Part shown: piece by piece, positions 29,266 through 43,173 of the stretch
Position numbering within the stretch: position 1 is the stretch's first letter
Layout of the letters: each line of letters opens with the position of its first letter
Assembly: GCA_951406725.2 (NCBI GenBank)
Contig: OX597823.1
Span: 22,878,001 to 22,942,000, forward strand
Source of the DNA: Octopus vulgaris
Lineage: Eukaryota
Reading direction: 5' to 3'
Length of the DNA: 64,000 bases
Position numbers and translations under genes: made by a program
Notes under the pieces: model-generated
What the model was told of the DNA's origin: nothing
The model's input: only the letters and a program-made list of their open reading frames with translations
The model's database searches: none

Positions 29266-30592
29266 GGATGTGTATTTACATATTTTTGTCTTGCACCTTA
29301 GCCCTTAGACGAACCCTGATTGGGCAAAGATATCCCAATCCCAGCCATGACCACCCAACTTCATCTTGGGTGAATATCTTATTCAACATATCTTCCCTTT
29401 CTAAAAAGAACGGTAGGGTGCGATTTGAAAGTTTTGGCTGCTGTTTCTAGCATATCAATCGATCACGTGTGAGAATTCTTCATTTGGCTCGTGTTAGCTA
29501 AGATGTATATATTCAATGTCTGGATGTATGATTATATTATTGTGTATGCATGCATTTGTGTGTATGTATTCGTATATAAAAACGTATGATAAGTCTCAGT
29601 AGGAGGGTGCAACCCATAGCTTTTTCTTAGCCTCATGTTCCATAGGATTGAAACGACAACTAAATAAATTTGATTTGAGTAATGTTTAAATTGAACTTTT
29701 TTATGTTTCTGTATATTTTTTTGTTGTTCTCCAAACGGTTTCAGTCATTGGACTGAGGCCATGCTGGAGCACTCTCCCTAAAGGTTTTGTTGATTATATC
29801 GCCTCTTCCTCTGTTTTGTGTACATATTAGCTTGGAACCTATTTTATTGATCTCTACATATCAAACTGCTAAGTTATGTTTTTGTCATCAAGGCATGCAG
29901 TTTAAGACACCGGTGAACATTGATAAACGTAAATATAGACACACACGTGTGTATATATATATATATGTATATATGCATGTACATATGTGTAAACATAAGT
30001 ATGTATGTATATTTACATATATATATATATATATATATGTACATATGTGTATACATAAGTATGCATGTATATGTATATGTGTATTTGTATACATGTGTAT
30101 ATGTATACATATGTGAATGTATACATATATATGTATGTATATATGTATGCGTATGTATATATGCATGTATGTGTATATATATATACGTATACATATATTT
30201 CTGTGAATGCCTATATATATTTTGTGTGTGTGTGTGTGTGTATGCGTGCGTGCACCTGCGCAATAATCATTTCAATGTCCAGAGTATATGAGAGGCAGAT
30301 TCAGCGGGGTAGATCAGTCCAGGGCCCAGACCACAACACCGAGGGGAGGGAGAAAAGGGAGGGGCTGTGAATACTTGACAAGTCTCTCCTTGAAATACCA
30401 TTTCAGGTCCCTTGAATTTCCTTAAGACATGCCTGTCCAAGAAATCTGAAACCAGTCTGGTTCTGGTATACATAATTTCTCCCAGAGGCCCTGTTTGCTA
30501 CAGCTAGAGGCCTTTTGTCCAAGATACTGTGCTGTAGGGTTGCACCCAGAATGGGCATATTTGCAAAGGAAATTTAACAACACAGATCTCTC

Positions 30593-30634
<42 letters not shown>

Positions 30635-31768
30635 TCTCTCTCTCACACACACAAACAGACTCATGCATGCACATATATGGCTGTGTACTTAAGAAGTTTG
30701 CTTCTTATCCACTTTGTTTCAGGTTCCGACTCACTGAGTGGCACCTTGAGTAAGTGGTTTCTATACATAATCTTAGGCTGACCAAAGCCTTATGAATAGA
30801 TTTGGTATATAGAAACTGAAAGAAGTTCATCATACATATCATATCATATGGACAACAGACATTAAATGATGATGATTATAATGATATATATATATGTATA
30901 TATATATATGGGTGCATGTAGTTGTGTCCCTTTGTCTTGGCATCCCATAATAGATGTAAACAAGTATCCCTGTCATATAGGCTGTGTCATTTCCAATCTT
31001 CTTTTCTTGGCAATGGAGAAATATTACTTTGCTAGCAAACAAGTAAGGGTTGGTGACAAGAAGGATCTTGTCACAGAAAATCTTGTCACACCTCAATGAA
31101 CTCCATCTGACCCATGCAAATATGGAAAACTGGATGTCAAAAATAATGATGATGAGGTTGTGACATTTAGCTTCTTTGTTTTGTTCTTATGTTTTTTGTT
31201 TTTTTTTCATACCCTACCATAGAAATATTCAATAAATACTTATGTTATAAATATGAGTGAAGAGACTTATTTTTCACATCTGAAGGCTTTGTGCAATCAA
31301 CTTTACAGTCAACTGTTATGCATCAGTGAATCTATGATTATTTTAGATTTTCTCATGTGTAACAATTGACTATAAAGTCACTTGCAAAAAATCTGTAGGT
31401 ATAATGAAATCTGTTTTCTCACATACCATTACCTAGATATCACATACACACACAGTTAAGCAGTAAAGGCAGTGCTCCAGCATGACCACAGTCAAATGAC
31501 TGAAACAAAAAAAATCATCATCATTGTTTTAATGATCACTTTTCCATGTTTGCATGGGTTAGATGTAATGTGCTGAGAAAAAATTTCTATGGCCAGATAC
31601 CCTATTTGTCACCTACCATCACTGATTTCCAAGCAAGGAAATTCTTCCCTATGGTCAGACATGTTTTCATGGAAGATTGGAAGTAAATGACATAACTTTT
31701 ATGGTGGTTACATTCATTTATAACTATTGCATCAGGCCAATGAAAGAAGGCATACAAACACACACATG

Positions 31769-31799
<31 letters not shown>

Positions 31800-32795
31800 G
31801 GCTCCTATGCCAGTGGCATGTAAAAAGCACCATTCGAGCATGGGTCATTGTCAGTGCCACCTGACTGGCTCCCATGCCGGTGGCATGTAAAGAGCACCAT
31901 TGAAGTGTGATCAATGCCTGACTGGCCCTCATGCCAATGGTACATATAAAGCACCTACTACACTCTTGGAGTGGTTGACATTAGGAAGGGCATCCAGCTG
32001 TAGAAACCTTGCCAGATCAGATTGGGGCCTGGTGCAGCCTTCTGGCTTGCCAGTCTCCAGTCAAACTGTCCAACCCATGCCAGTATGGAAAGTGAATGTT
32101 AAACAATGATGATGATGATGATATATAAAAGTTAAATTTAGAATTAAAGAATTAAGGTTTAGAAAGTAGGCATTAAATGCAGTATCCAAACCTTGTTTCA
32201 GGTAAAGTCCCAGATAGTGTGCCTGCAGGGCACATTCACCATTTATGGCTACCAGGCATCATCAGTGATACTGTGCATTTGTCGGTGGATCTACATTTGG
32301 AATTCTGAGGTGCACATAGAGTATATTTTAAATCATTAATATGGGAGATGGAGTGTAACTTGAAGCATTTATTAACACAACAATTCATTTTGTTTTCATT
32401 CTGCTCCTAAGTGGGCATGAAATGATGTAATAACACAAACCATTCCATGCCCATTAGGGAGCAGTGTAGTATGAAGCCAAAATGATTGTTGTGCTAAAAA
32501 ATGCTTCTAGCTACACACTATATTCCATATAAATCATTTAAAATATATATATATATATATATATGGCAGACAAAATATGGCTACGCATTTTGCACGCTGG
32601 GCAAAATGCGTATCCGTATTTCGTCTGCCGTTACGTTCTGCGTTCAAATTCCGCTGAGGTCAACTTTTCCTTTCATCCTTTCAGGGTCGATAAATAAAGT
32701 ACTGGTTACGCACTGGGGTTGATGTAATCGACTTAATCCCTTTGTCTGTCTTTGTTTCTCCCCTCTATGTTTAGCCCCTTGTGGGCAATAAAGAA

Positions 32796-32826
<31 letters not shown>

Positions 32827-33646
32827 AAGAGAGGGAGTGAAATTGTAGAAGAGGTTGAACTAGGAAGACATGGAACAAAGTGATGAGAAAGGATCTTCTG
32901 ATGCCGGGCCTTAATGAGGAAATGACAAGGGACTGAATGTTGTGGTGATTTGCTGTACTTAAGAAGATATGTCAAGCTGAGTAAAATCATGGTCATCCAT
33001 ACATACAAGCATATCCTTTGCAGGTGCTGGTGCCACATAAAATGCACTCATGCCAGTGCCACAGAGAAGGCACCGAGCACACTCTGTAAAGTGGTTGGCA
33101 TTAGGAAGGGCGTCCAGCCATAGAAACCCGGCTGGCCAGCTCCTGTCAAACTGTCCAACTCATGCCAGTATAGAAAACAGATGTTGAATGACGATGATGG
33201 TGGTGGTGGTGGTGGTGGTATGCTTCTTTCAGTTTTCAGCTACCATATTCACTCATAAGGCCTTGGTTGACCTGGGACTATTGCAGAAAACACTTGCTCA
33301 AGGTGCTTCACAATTGAACTGAACTCGAAAGTTTGTGGTTGACAAGCAAACTTCATAACCACACCGCCATATCTGTACCTTATATTTGCTCCCATACTTA
33401 CTGTAATAATTAAAATATTATTAATCATTAGCAAATATTTTTTTTCCCATCACTTAATTATCTCCAGTCAGCTTTTCAATAGTCCCTCCAATAAATATGT
33501 TAACACTAATTTAAATAAATGGTGCTCAATAAGCAAAAGCAAATGACTGATAATTCTGTAGATCAATAACTTCTAGTGAAAGCCTGATCTTTTGACATGA
33601 TCAACTTTAATTTTCATAAGGTAATATTTTTAAATACATTCATACA

Positions 33647-33681
<35 letters not shown>

Positions 33682-33834
33682 ATGGTTATCTTTTTATCAT
33701 GCAATATATTACTGATTATAACATAATTTATTAAGAATGTATATGGTCTGTTATTTGTATTAGGTGTGCTTTTTCTGATTTACAGACAACTAACTGATGA
33801 TGTGTTTCTCTGTGTGTGTGTGGTGTGAACAGCA

Positions 33835-34065
33835 GTAGCGGAGTGGTTGGTGAGTGTAGTACAAGCCATGTACAAGGATGCTATCAGTAAGGTGAAGGCC
33901 GGCAATGAGTATAACAATGAATTTATTGTACAAGCAGGAGTCCACCAAAGATCAGTTCTCAGCCCCGCCCCGCCCCACCTCTTGTTTATCATAGTCCTCC
34001 AGGCCATAACAGAGGGATTTAAAACTGGCTGCTGTTGGGAGCTCCTCTATTCAGATGACCTGCTG
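33835..34065 (+). mobile_element. RTE-clade RT fragment
   Basis: Motifs VQAMY, GVHQRSVLSP and WELLYSDDL. Confidence 0.7.
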
Positions 34066-35036
34066 GTTCCATGTGAAAGCACCTGTGCTGGTATCACATA
34101 AAAGTGTCTGTGCCAATGTCACATAACAGCAACCATGCTGGTGGTATGTAAAAGTGCCCTTCCTTGTGCAATATAAAAAGCATTTTGTACACAGTGTGAA
34201 GTGGTTGGCATTAGGAAAGGTGTCCAACCATAGAAACCATGCTAAAGCAAGCAGTTGGAACCTTGTCAGCTCCTGTCAAACTGTCCAACCCATGCCAGCA
34301 TGGGAAATGGACGTTAAAAGATGGTGATGATGATGATGTATATGTGTATATAATATAACCCATGCTAGCATGGAAAACGGACATTAAACGAATGATGATG
34401 ATGATCATCATCATCATCATCATTATTATCATCGTTTAACGTCTGTTTTCCATGCTAGCATGGGTTCGACGGTTCGACTGTGGTCTGGGAAGCCAGGAGA
34501 CTGTGCCAGGATCCAGTCTGATCTGGCAGTGTTTCTATAGCTGGATGCCCTTCCTACCGCCAACCACTCCGTGAGTGTAGTGGATACTTTTTATGAGCTA
34601 CCAGCACAGGAGCCAGAAGAGGCTAGCAAACGTCCACGATCGGTTGGTGCTTTGATGTCCACGTACTTGGCTCAGTAGGTCTCCTCAAGCACAGCGGGTC
34701 ACTCTACGATCCAAGGATAGCACAGCAGGCCATCCTGCAAGCCATGAACTCACTTCAGCATATCTCAGCGGCCTTGGTCTTTTGTTATTTCCTTTGACGA
34801 AAGACCGAGACCTCTGAGATATGCTGAGATATATATATATATATATATATAAGAAGGTAAAAACAGAGAGAATAGAAAGCTTCTGACAATATGGAGAGTT
34901 TTATAAAACTGTCCACATTGTCAGAAGCATTCTATTTTCTCTCGTTTTACCTTTTTTGATAATACAATACTTCAAGAAAAACTACAACACTCTTATTTAG
35001 ATATATGTATTTATAAATAAGTGTATATATATGTAC

Positions 35037-35128
<92 letters not shown>

Positions 35129-35196
35129 GGTGCATATATATATATATTGAGCATATATATATATATATATATATATAGTGCAAAGTCCCCTCTCGA

Positions 35197-35848
35197 CCCA
35201 AAATAAAGTGGTGGTGGAACAATGTTGTAGACAGGGCTATTAGAGAAAAGAAACAGGCTTGGAAGGACTGGAAGAACGGTGGTAGCAGGGAATTGTATCA
35301 GACTGGTGTGGCAGCATAATAGTCAACTGCTACAAAGATAAAGGGGACGGTTTAGATACAAATAATTACAGAGATATCAAGCTGTTGGATCAGGTAATGA
35401 AGGTCACGGAGAGGGTCATAGCCCAACTAATTAGGGTGAGAGTCAGTTTGGATGAGATGCAGTTTGGTTTCATGCCAGGGAAAAGCACCACTGATGCTAT
35501 ATTTCTGGTAAGACAGCTGCAGGAGAAATACCTAACCAAAGATAAGCCCCTGTACCTCACTTTCGTTGACATGGAGAAAGCCTTTGGCAGGGTCCTCCGA
35601 TCCCTTATCTGGTGGTCAATGAGGAAACTAGGGATAGATGAATGGTTAATGAGAGCTGTGCAAGTAAGGTGAGGGTTGGCAATGAGTATACTGAAGAATT
35701 CAGGTTAGAGGTAGGGGTTCACCAAGTTTCAGTCCTCAGCCCCCTCCTATTTATCATAGTCCTCCTGGCAATAACGGAGGAATTCAAGACAAGATGCCCC
35801 TGGGAGCTCCTCTATGCTGATGACCTTGCTCTAATTGCTGAGTCACTA
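35197..35848 (+). mobile_element. RTE-clade RT fragment, internally deleted
   Basis: Motifs DEMQFGFMPGKSTTDAIFLVRQLQEK, GVHQVSVLSPLLF and WELLYADDL. Confidence 0.8.
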
Positions 35849-36016
35849 TATGTATGTATGTATATATATGTATGTATTTATATATATATGTATGTAGTTA
35901 TATATATATATATATGTATGTAGTTATATGTATATCAATGTATGTATGTATTTATATATATATTTATGTATGTATGTATTTATATATATATATGTATATG
36001 TACATATGTATTTGTA

Positions 36017-36056
<40 letters not shown>

Positions 36057-36089
36057 AATATGTATATATATATACGTATATATATATAA

Positions 36090-36123
<34 letters not shown>

Positions 36124-36139
36124 GTATATATATATATAC

Positions 36140-36453
36140 GTACTATCCGACTCGTGGCCGATGCCAGCGCCGCCTCGACTGGCTTCCGTGCCGGTGGCAT
36201 GTAAAATACACCAATCCGACCGTGGCTGTTGCCAGCCTCGCCTGGCACCTGTGCAGGTGGCACGTAAAAAGCACCCACTACACTCACGGAGTGGTTGGCG
36301 TTAGGAAGGGCATCCAGCTGTCGAAACATTGCCAGATAAGACTGGAGCCTGGTGCAGCCTTCTGGCTTCCCAGATCCCCGGTCGAACCGTCCAACCCATG
36401 CTAGCATGGAGAACGGACGTTAAACGATGATGATGATGATGATGATGATGATG
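36140..36453 (+). repeat. Abundant retroposon 3' end with a (GAT)n tail, probably RTE-associated
   Basis: GGAGTGGTTGGCGTTAGGAAGGGCATCCAGCTG...CCATGCTAGCATGG...(GAT)n. Related copies lie near 31800-32120, 33050-33200, 34200-34600, 41830-42425, 43400-43590 and 49110-49200. Confidence 0.7.
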
Positions 36454-36660
36454 ATATACATATATATGTATGTATGTATGTATTTATATACATATATAAA
36501 TATATGTGCATGTGTATGTATATATTTATATGTATGTATGTATTGATATATATATGTATGTATTTATATATATGTGTGTCTGTGTATTTATATATGTATA
36601 TATGTGTGCGTGTTTGTATATTTATACATACATCTATATGCATATCTATCTATCTATCTA

Positions 36661-36732
<72 letters not shown>

Positions 36733-37066
36733 TATGTATATATACCAAATTTCAGTCCCTCTATTGCTGTATTTGAGAACAAATGATGTGTATTTGTGTA
36801 TGTATGAGTCTATAGTTGTAGGTAAAAAAAATGTCTATCTATGTATTACGTTGTATTAATTAGGTGTATTATCCATAGCAAAGGTGAAATGGTTAATTTT
36901 GAGAGGCTAATGATTTTAATTGCACTCAGATAATGAGATCAAATCAGCTGTAAAGCATTTCATTGTATTTCTGAACAAAATACTACATTTTACATTCCGT
37001 CAATTGGCTAGATGTTGGTGGAGAGTTTGATGCCACCTGTGATAGAGATTCACTTCATATATGTAT

Positions 37067-37455
37067 AGGTGCAGGAGTGGCTGTGTGGTAAGTAGCTTGT
37101 TTACCAACCACATGGTTCCGGGTTCAGTCCCACTGCTTGGCACCTTGGGCAAGTGTCTTCTACTATAGCCTCGGGCCGACCAAAGCCCTGTGATTAGATT
37201 TGGTAGATGGAAACTGAAAGAAGCCCATCGTATATATATATATGCGTGTGTGTGTCTGTGTTTGTCGCCCTAGCATTGCTTGACAACCGATGCGGGTGTG
37301 TTTATGTCCCCGTTACTTAGCGGTTCGGCAAAAGAGACCGATAGAATAAGTACTGGGCTTACAAAAGAATAAGTCCCGGGGTCGAGTTGCTCGATTAAAG
37401 GAGGTGCTCCAGCATGGCCGCAGTCAAATGACTGAAACAAGTAAAAGAGTAAAGA
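37067..37455 (+). mobile_element. tRNA-derived SINE
   Basis: A-box TGGCTGTGTGG and B-box GGTTCAGTCCC, then CCTTGGGCAAGTGTCTT. The 3' end is GCTCCAGCATGGCCGCAGTC..TGAAACAAGTAAAAGA. Degenerate copies lie near 30680, 33250, 51650 and 54540. Confidence 0.8.
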
Positions 37456-38032
37456 TATATTTATCTTGTTTCTTACATTTTTTTTTTCACATTATAACAC
37501 CAGAATTAAGGGCATTGATTTAAGACAAACTAGGCTTCATGTTTATGTTATGATTTATGATAAACTTCAAGGATATGAGAGAACTTATATCTCAAGTTTT
37601 TTATACTAATGTTTCTAGAATATTCTATGCATGTGGAGATAAAGGGGATGTTTCAATATAGTTCATACAGTTGACGTTCAGTTTGCAGTGTTGTTGGTTT
37701 ATATAACCAAGTAAGTATGTGTGATGGTTGCAATTGTTAGTGTGTGCTAGCATCTGTAATAGTGTTACCAGGTGTGTACATATCTACCATTTATAATATA
37801 AATATGAGCATGTATGTATGTGTGTTGATATACACCTACATACATACATATATATACGCATAATGATATATATATAACATAAGGGACTAAAGCCATCTGA
37901 ATATGGCTAGGGACAGGGCAGGGTGGTGGGGGTGTTACTGTTGCATTTAGCCCCAGGCGAACATCGACGTCACCAGAAAGGCTCGACACCGTCACGGTGC
38001 CCTAAACCTGCAAAGGGAGGTAATTCCCCGAT

Positions 38033-38106
38033 GAAGCGGAAACCACACACGGACCATGGTTTCAAGGTGTATTGCCTATCATCGGCGTGTGGTAGGCCTC
38101 CGCTTC
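38033..38106 (-). ncRNA. Type I hammerhead motif in the left arm (also 38393-38466, 38752-38825, and 39112-39185 with a core mutation)
   Basis: Reverse complement of the 39334-39407 motif. Confidence 0.78.
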
Positions 38107-39333
38107 CTCGACGAATTCTCTCTCTGCAGGATTTTCTTATATAGATTTTCAAGCAAAATAAATTTGCTGATTTCGAAAATCTGTTCGAAAGCAATAATAA
38201 TTCTCTAAAAGGAATATAGACAGTAACTGCTCGACAACATAAGGGACTAAAGCCATCTGAATATGGCTAGGGACAGGGCAGGGTGGTGGGGGTGTTACTG
38301 TTGCATTTAGCCCCAGGCGAACATCGACGTCACCAGAAAGGCTCGACACCGTCATGGTGCCCTAAACCTGCAAAGGGAGGTAATTCCCCGATGAAGCGGA
38401 AACCACACACGGACCATGGTTTCAAGGTGTATTGCCTATCATCGGCGTGTGGTAGGCCTCCGCTTCCTCGACGAATTCTCTCTCTGCAGGATTTTCTTAT
38501 ATAGATTTTCAAGCAAAATAAATTTGCTGATTTCGAAAATCTGTTCGAAAGCAATAATAATTCTCTAAAAGGAATATAGACAGTAACTGCTCGACAACAT
38601 AAGGGACTAAAGCCATCTGAATATGGCTAGGGACAGGGCAGGGTGGTGGGGTGTTACTGTTGCATTTAGCCCCAGGCGAACATCGACGTCACCAGAAAGG
38701 CTCGACACCGTCACGGTGCCCTAAACCTGCAAAGGGAGGTAATTCCCCGATGAAGCGGAAACCACACACGGACCATGGTTTCAAGGTGTATTGCCTATCA
38801 TCGGCGTGTGGTAGGCCTCCGCTTCCTCGACGAATTCTCTCTCTGCAGGATTTTCTTATATAGATTTTCAAGCAAAATAAATTTGCTGATTTCGAAAATC
38901 TGTTCGAAAGCAATAATAATTCTCTGAAAGGAATATAGACAGTAACTGCTCGACAACATAAGGGACTAAAGCCATCTGAATATGGCTAGGGACAGGGCAG
39001 GGTGGTGGGGGTGTTACTGTTGCATTTAGCCCCAGGCGAACATCGACGTCACCAGAAAGGCTCGACACCGTCACGGTGCCCTAAACCTGCAAAGGGAGGT
39101 AATTCCCCGATGAAGCGGAAACCACACACGGACCATGGTTTCAAGGTGTATTGCCTATCATAGGCGTGTGGTAGGCCTCCGCTTCCTCGACGAATTCTCT
39201 CTCTGCAGGATTTTCTTATATAGATTTTCAAGCAAAATAAATTTGCTGATTTCGAAAATCTGTTCGAAAGCAGCAAATTTATTTTGCTTGAAAATCTATA
39301 TAAGAAAATCCTGCAGAGAGAGAATTCGTCGAG

Positions 39334-39407
39334 GAAGCGGAGGCCTACCACACGCCGATGATAGGCAATACACCTTGAAACCATGGTCCGTGTGTGGTTT
39401 CCGCTTC
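39334..39407 (+). ncRNA. Type I hammerhead ribozyme motif, repeated at 39694, 40054, 40414, 40774 and 41134
   Basis: Stem I CCACACG/CGUGU(GU)GG is extended by GAAGCGGA/UCCGCUUC. Core is CCGAUGA, stem II is U-AGG-caauaca-CCU-U, then GAAA. Stem III is palindromic ACCAUGGU and the triplet is GUC, with predicted cleavage after 39388. Confidence 0.8.
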
Positions 39408-41408
39408 ATCGGGGAATTACCTCCCTTTGCAGGTTTAGGGCACCGTGACGGTGTCGAGCCTTTCTGGTGACGTCGATGTTCGCCTGGGGCTAAATGCAAC
39501 AGTAACACCCCCACCACCCTGCCCTGTCCCTAGCCATATTCAGATGGCTTTAGTCCCTTATGTTGTCGAGCAGTTACTGTCTATATTCCTTTTAGAGAAT
39601 TATTATTGCTTTCGAACAGATTTTCGAAATCAGCAAATTTATTTTGCTTGAAAATCTATATAAGAAAATCCTGCAGAGAGAGAATTCGTCGAGGAAGCGG
39701 AGGCCTACCACACGCCGATGATAGGCAATACACCTTGAAACCATGGTCCGTGTGTGGTTTCCGCTTCATCGGGGAATTACCTCCCTTTGCAGGTTTAGGG
39801 CACCGTGACGGTGTCGAGCCTTTCTGGTGACGTCGATGTTCGCCTGGGGCTAAATGCAACAGTAACACCCCCACCACCCTGCCCTGTCCCTAGCCATATT
39901 CAGATGGCTTTAGTCCCTTATGTTGTCGAGCAGTTACTGTCTATATTCCTTTTAGAGAATTATTATTGCTTTCGAACAGATTTTCGAAATCAGCAAATTT
40001 ATTTTGCTTGAAAATCTATATAAGAAAATCCTGCAGAGAGAGAATTCGTCGAGGAAGCGGAGGCCTACCACACGCCGATGATAGGCAATACACCTTGAAA
40101 CCATGGTCCGTGTGTGGTTTCCGCTTCATCGGGGAATTACCTCCCTTTGCAGGTTTAGGGCACCGTGACGGTGTCGAGCCTTTCTGGTGACGTCGATGTT
40201 CGCCTGGGGCTAAATGCAACAGTAACACCCCCACCACCCTGCCCTGTCCCTAGCCATATTCAGATGGCTTTAGTCCCTTATGTTGTCGAGCAGTTACTGT
40301 CTATATTCCTTTTAGAGAATTATTATTGCTTTCGAACAGATTTTCGAAATCAGCAAATTTATTTTGCTTGAAAATCTATATAAGAAAATCCTGCAGAGAG
40401 AGAATTCGTCGAGGAAGCGGAGGCCTACCACACGCCGATGATAGGCAATACACCTTGAAACCATGGTCCGTGTGTGGTTTCCGCTTCATCGGGGAATTAC
40501 CTCCCTTTGCAGGTTTAGGGCACCGTGACGGTGTCGAGCCTTTCTGGTGACGTCGATGTTCGCCTGGGGCTAAATGCAACAGTAACACCCCCACCACCCT
40601 GCCCTGTCCCTAGCCATATTCAGATGGCTTTAGTCCCTTATGTTGTCGAGCAGTTACTGTCTATATTCCTTTTAGAGAATTATTATTGCTTTCGAACAGA
40701 TTTTCGAAATCAGCAAATTTATTTTGCTTGAAAATCTATATAAGAAAATCCTGCAGAGAGAGAATTCGTCGAGGAAGCGGAGGCCTACCACACGCCGATG
40801 ATAGGCAATACACCTTGAAACCATGGTCCGTGTGTGGTTTCCGCTTCATCGGGGAATTACCTCCCTTTGCAGGTTTAGGGCACCGTGACGGTGTCGAGCC
40901 TTTCTGGTGACGTCGATGTTCGCCTGGGGCTAAATGCAACAGTAACACCCCCACCACCCTGCCCTGTCCCTAGCCATATTCAGATGGCTTTAGTCCCTTA
41001 TGTTGTCGAGCAGTTACTGTCTATATTCCTTTTAGAGAATTATTATTGCTTTCGAACAGATTTTCGAAATCAGCAAATTTATTTTGCTTGAAAATCTATA
41101 TAAGAAAATCCTGCAGAGAGAGAATTCGTCGAGGAAGCGGAGGCCTACCACACGCCGATGATAGGCAATACACCTTGAAACCATGGTCCGTGTGTGGTTT
41201 CCGCTTCATCGGGGAATTACCTCCCTTTGCAGGTTTAGGGCACCGTGACGGTGTCGAGCCTTTCTGGTGACGTCGATGTTCGCCTGGGGCTAAATGCAAC
41301 AGTAACACCCCCACCACCCTGCCCTGTCCCTAGCCATATTCAGATGGCTTTAGTCCCTTATGTTGTCGAGCAGTTACTGTCTATATTCCTTTTAGAGAAT
41401 TATTATTG

Positions 41409-41829
<421 letters not shown>

Positions 41830-42714
41830 TGGAAATCGATCAATGGAAATTGCAGATGTGTTACCAGTGCCGGTGGCATGTAAGAGAACCTTCTGTTTCG
41901 CGACCGTTGCCAGCACCACTCCATTTCGTGTCCGTTGCCTGCCTCGCCTGGCCCTCGTGCCGGTGGCACATAAAAAGCACCATCCGTTCGTGGCCGTTTG
42001 CCAGCTCTGTCTGGCATCTGTGCGGGTGGCACGTAAAAAGCACCCACTACACTCACGGAGTGGTTGGCGTTAGGAAGGGCATCCAGCTGTAGAAACACTG
42101 CCAGATTTGACTGGGCCTGATGAAGCCTTCTGGCTCCACAGACCCCAGTAGAACCGTCCAACCCATGCTAGCATGGAAAACGGACGCTAAACGATGATGA
42201 TGATGATGATGATATATCATCATCATCATCGTTTAACGTCCGTTTTCCATGCTAGCATGGGTTGGACGGAATATGGAGTGGTTGGCGTTAGGAAGGGCAT
42301 CCAGCTATAGAAACATTGCCAGATAAGACTGGAGCCCGGTGCAGCCTTCTGGTTTCCCAGATCCCCGGTCGAACCGTCCAACCCATGCTAGCATGGAGAA
42401 CAGACGTTAGACGACAACGACGACGATATATATATATATATTTATACTCACATACACAAACACAAACACGCACACACACACACACACACCAAGACGGTGC
42501 CCCAGCATGGCACAGTCTAATGATTGAAACAAGTAAAAGATGAAACATCATTGTTTTAACATCCTCTTTTCTATGCTTGCAATGGATCAGATGAAATTCA
42601 TTGATGCAGGTTTTCCCCAATTGGCCTCCTTCCTTGTTGCTAAACCTCACCTGTTTCCAGGCAAGGTTAATATTTTGGCACAATTTTCAAGGATAATGGA
42701 CTGAACTGAACCAT

Positions 42715-43173
42715 AACTTATCTGCACATCCTCTGATAATTCATGGATGGTGATTCAATGATTTCTCCTCACAGCTGCATGCACATCTGCAATGTTTTTC
42801 TCAGTTCTGCTGGTTACGGATCTCCCAGAATATTTGTCAAAATCGACATTTTTTAAGCCATGTTGGAAACATCTTATCCACTTGTACACTTGTGTACAGC
42901 TCATACACTCCTCTCCATACACTTTCTGCAACTTATCATAGGCCTCTGAACAGGTATCGCCATGACAACTTTCTGTCATGGTAAATGCAACAATCATATG
43001 CTACACACCTTCCTTCTAAGCACTGCTGTAAACAGTGAAAGTAAGCTAGAATGTTAAAACTTAGTGCACATGCACAGCAAAGCTCAAGGTCAAACTGTGC
43101 TCAGCGGCTTCACTCTGCATGATTTAGCTTTGCTACTATGGCAACAGTCCGGATACTTATTGATCAGACCTCA
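42715..43173 (-). mobile_element. Mariner 5' fragment (TIR plus N-terminal HTH)
   Basis: TIR-like TGAGGTCTGATCAATAAGTATCCG, followed by EAYDKLQKVYGEECMSCTQVYKWIRCF...SGR. Confidence 0.7.

Noticed and set aside
38020-38080. Functional antisense hammerhead in the monomer
   Set aside because: The core words are present, but stem II (AGCG) and proximal stem I do not pair. It is kept only as the anti-core observation.
37765-41317. Repeated 68-111 aa ORFs in the 360-bp array
   Set aside because: They are short, use non-ATG starts, show no recognisable domain, and recur only because the DNA repeats.
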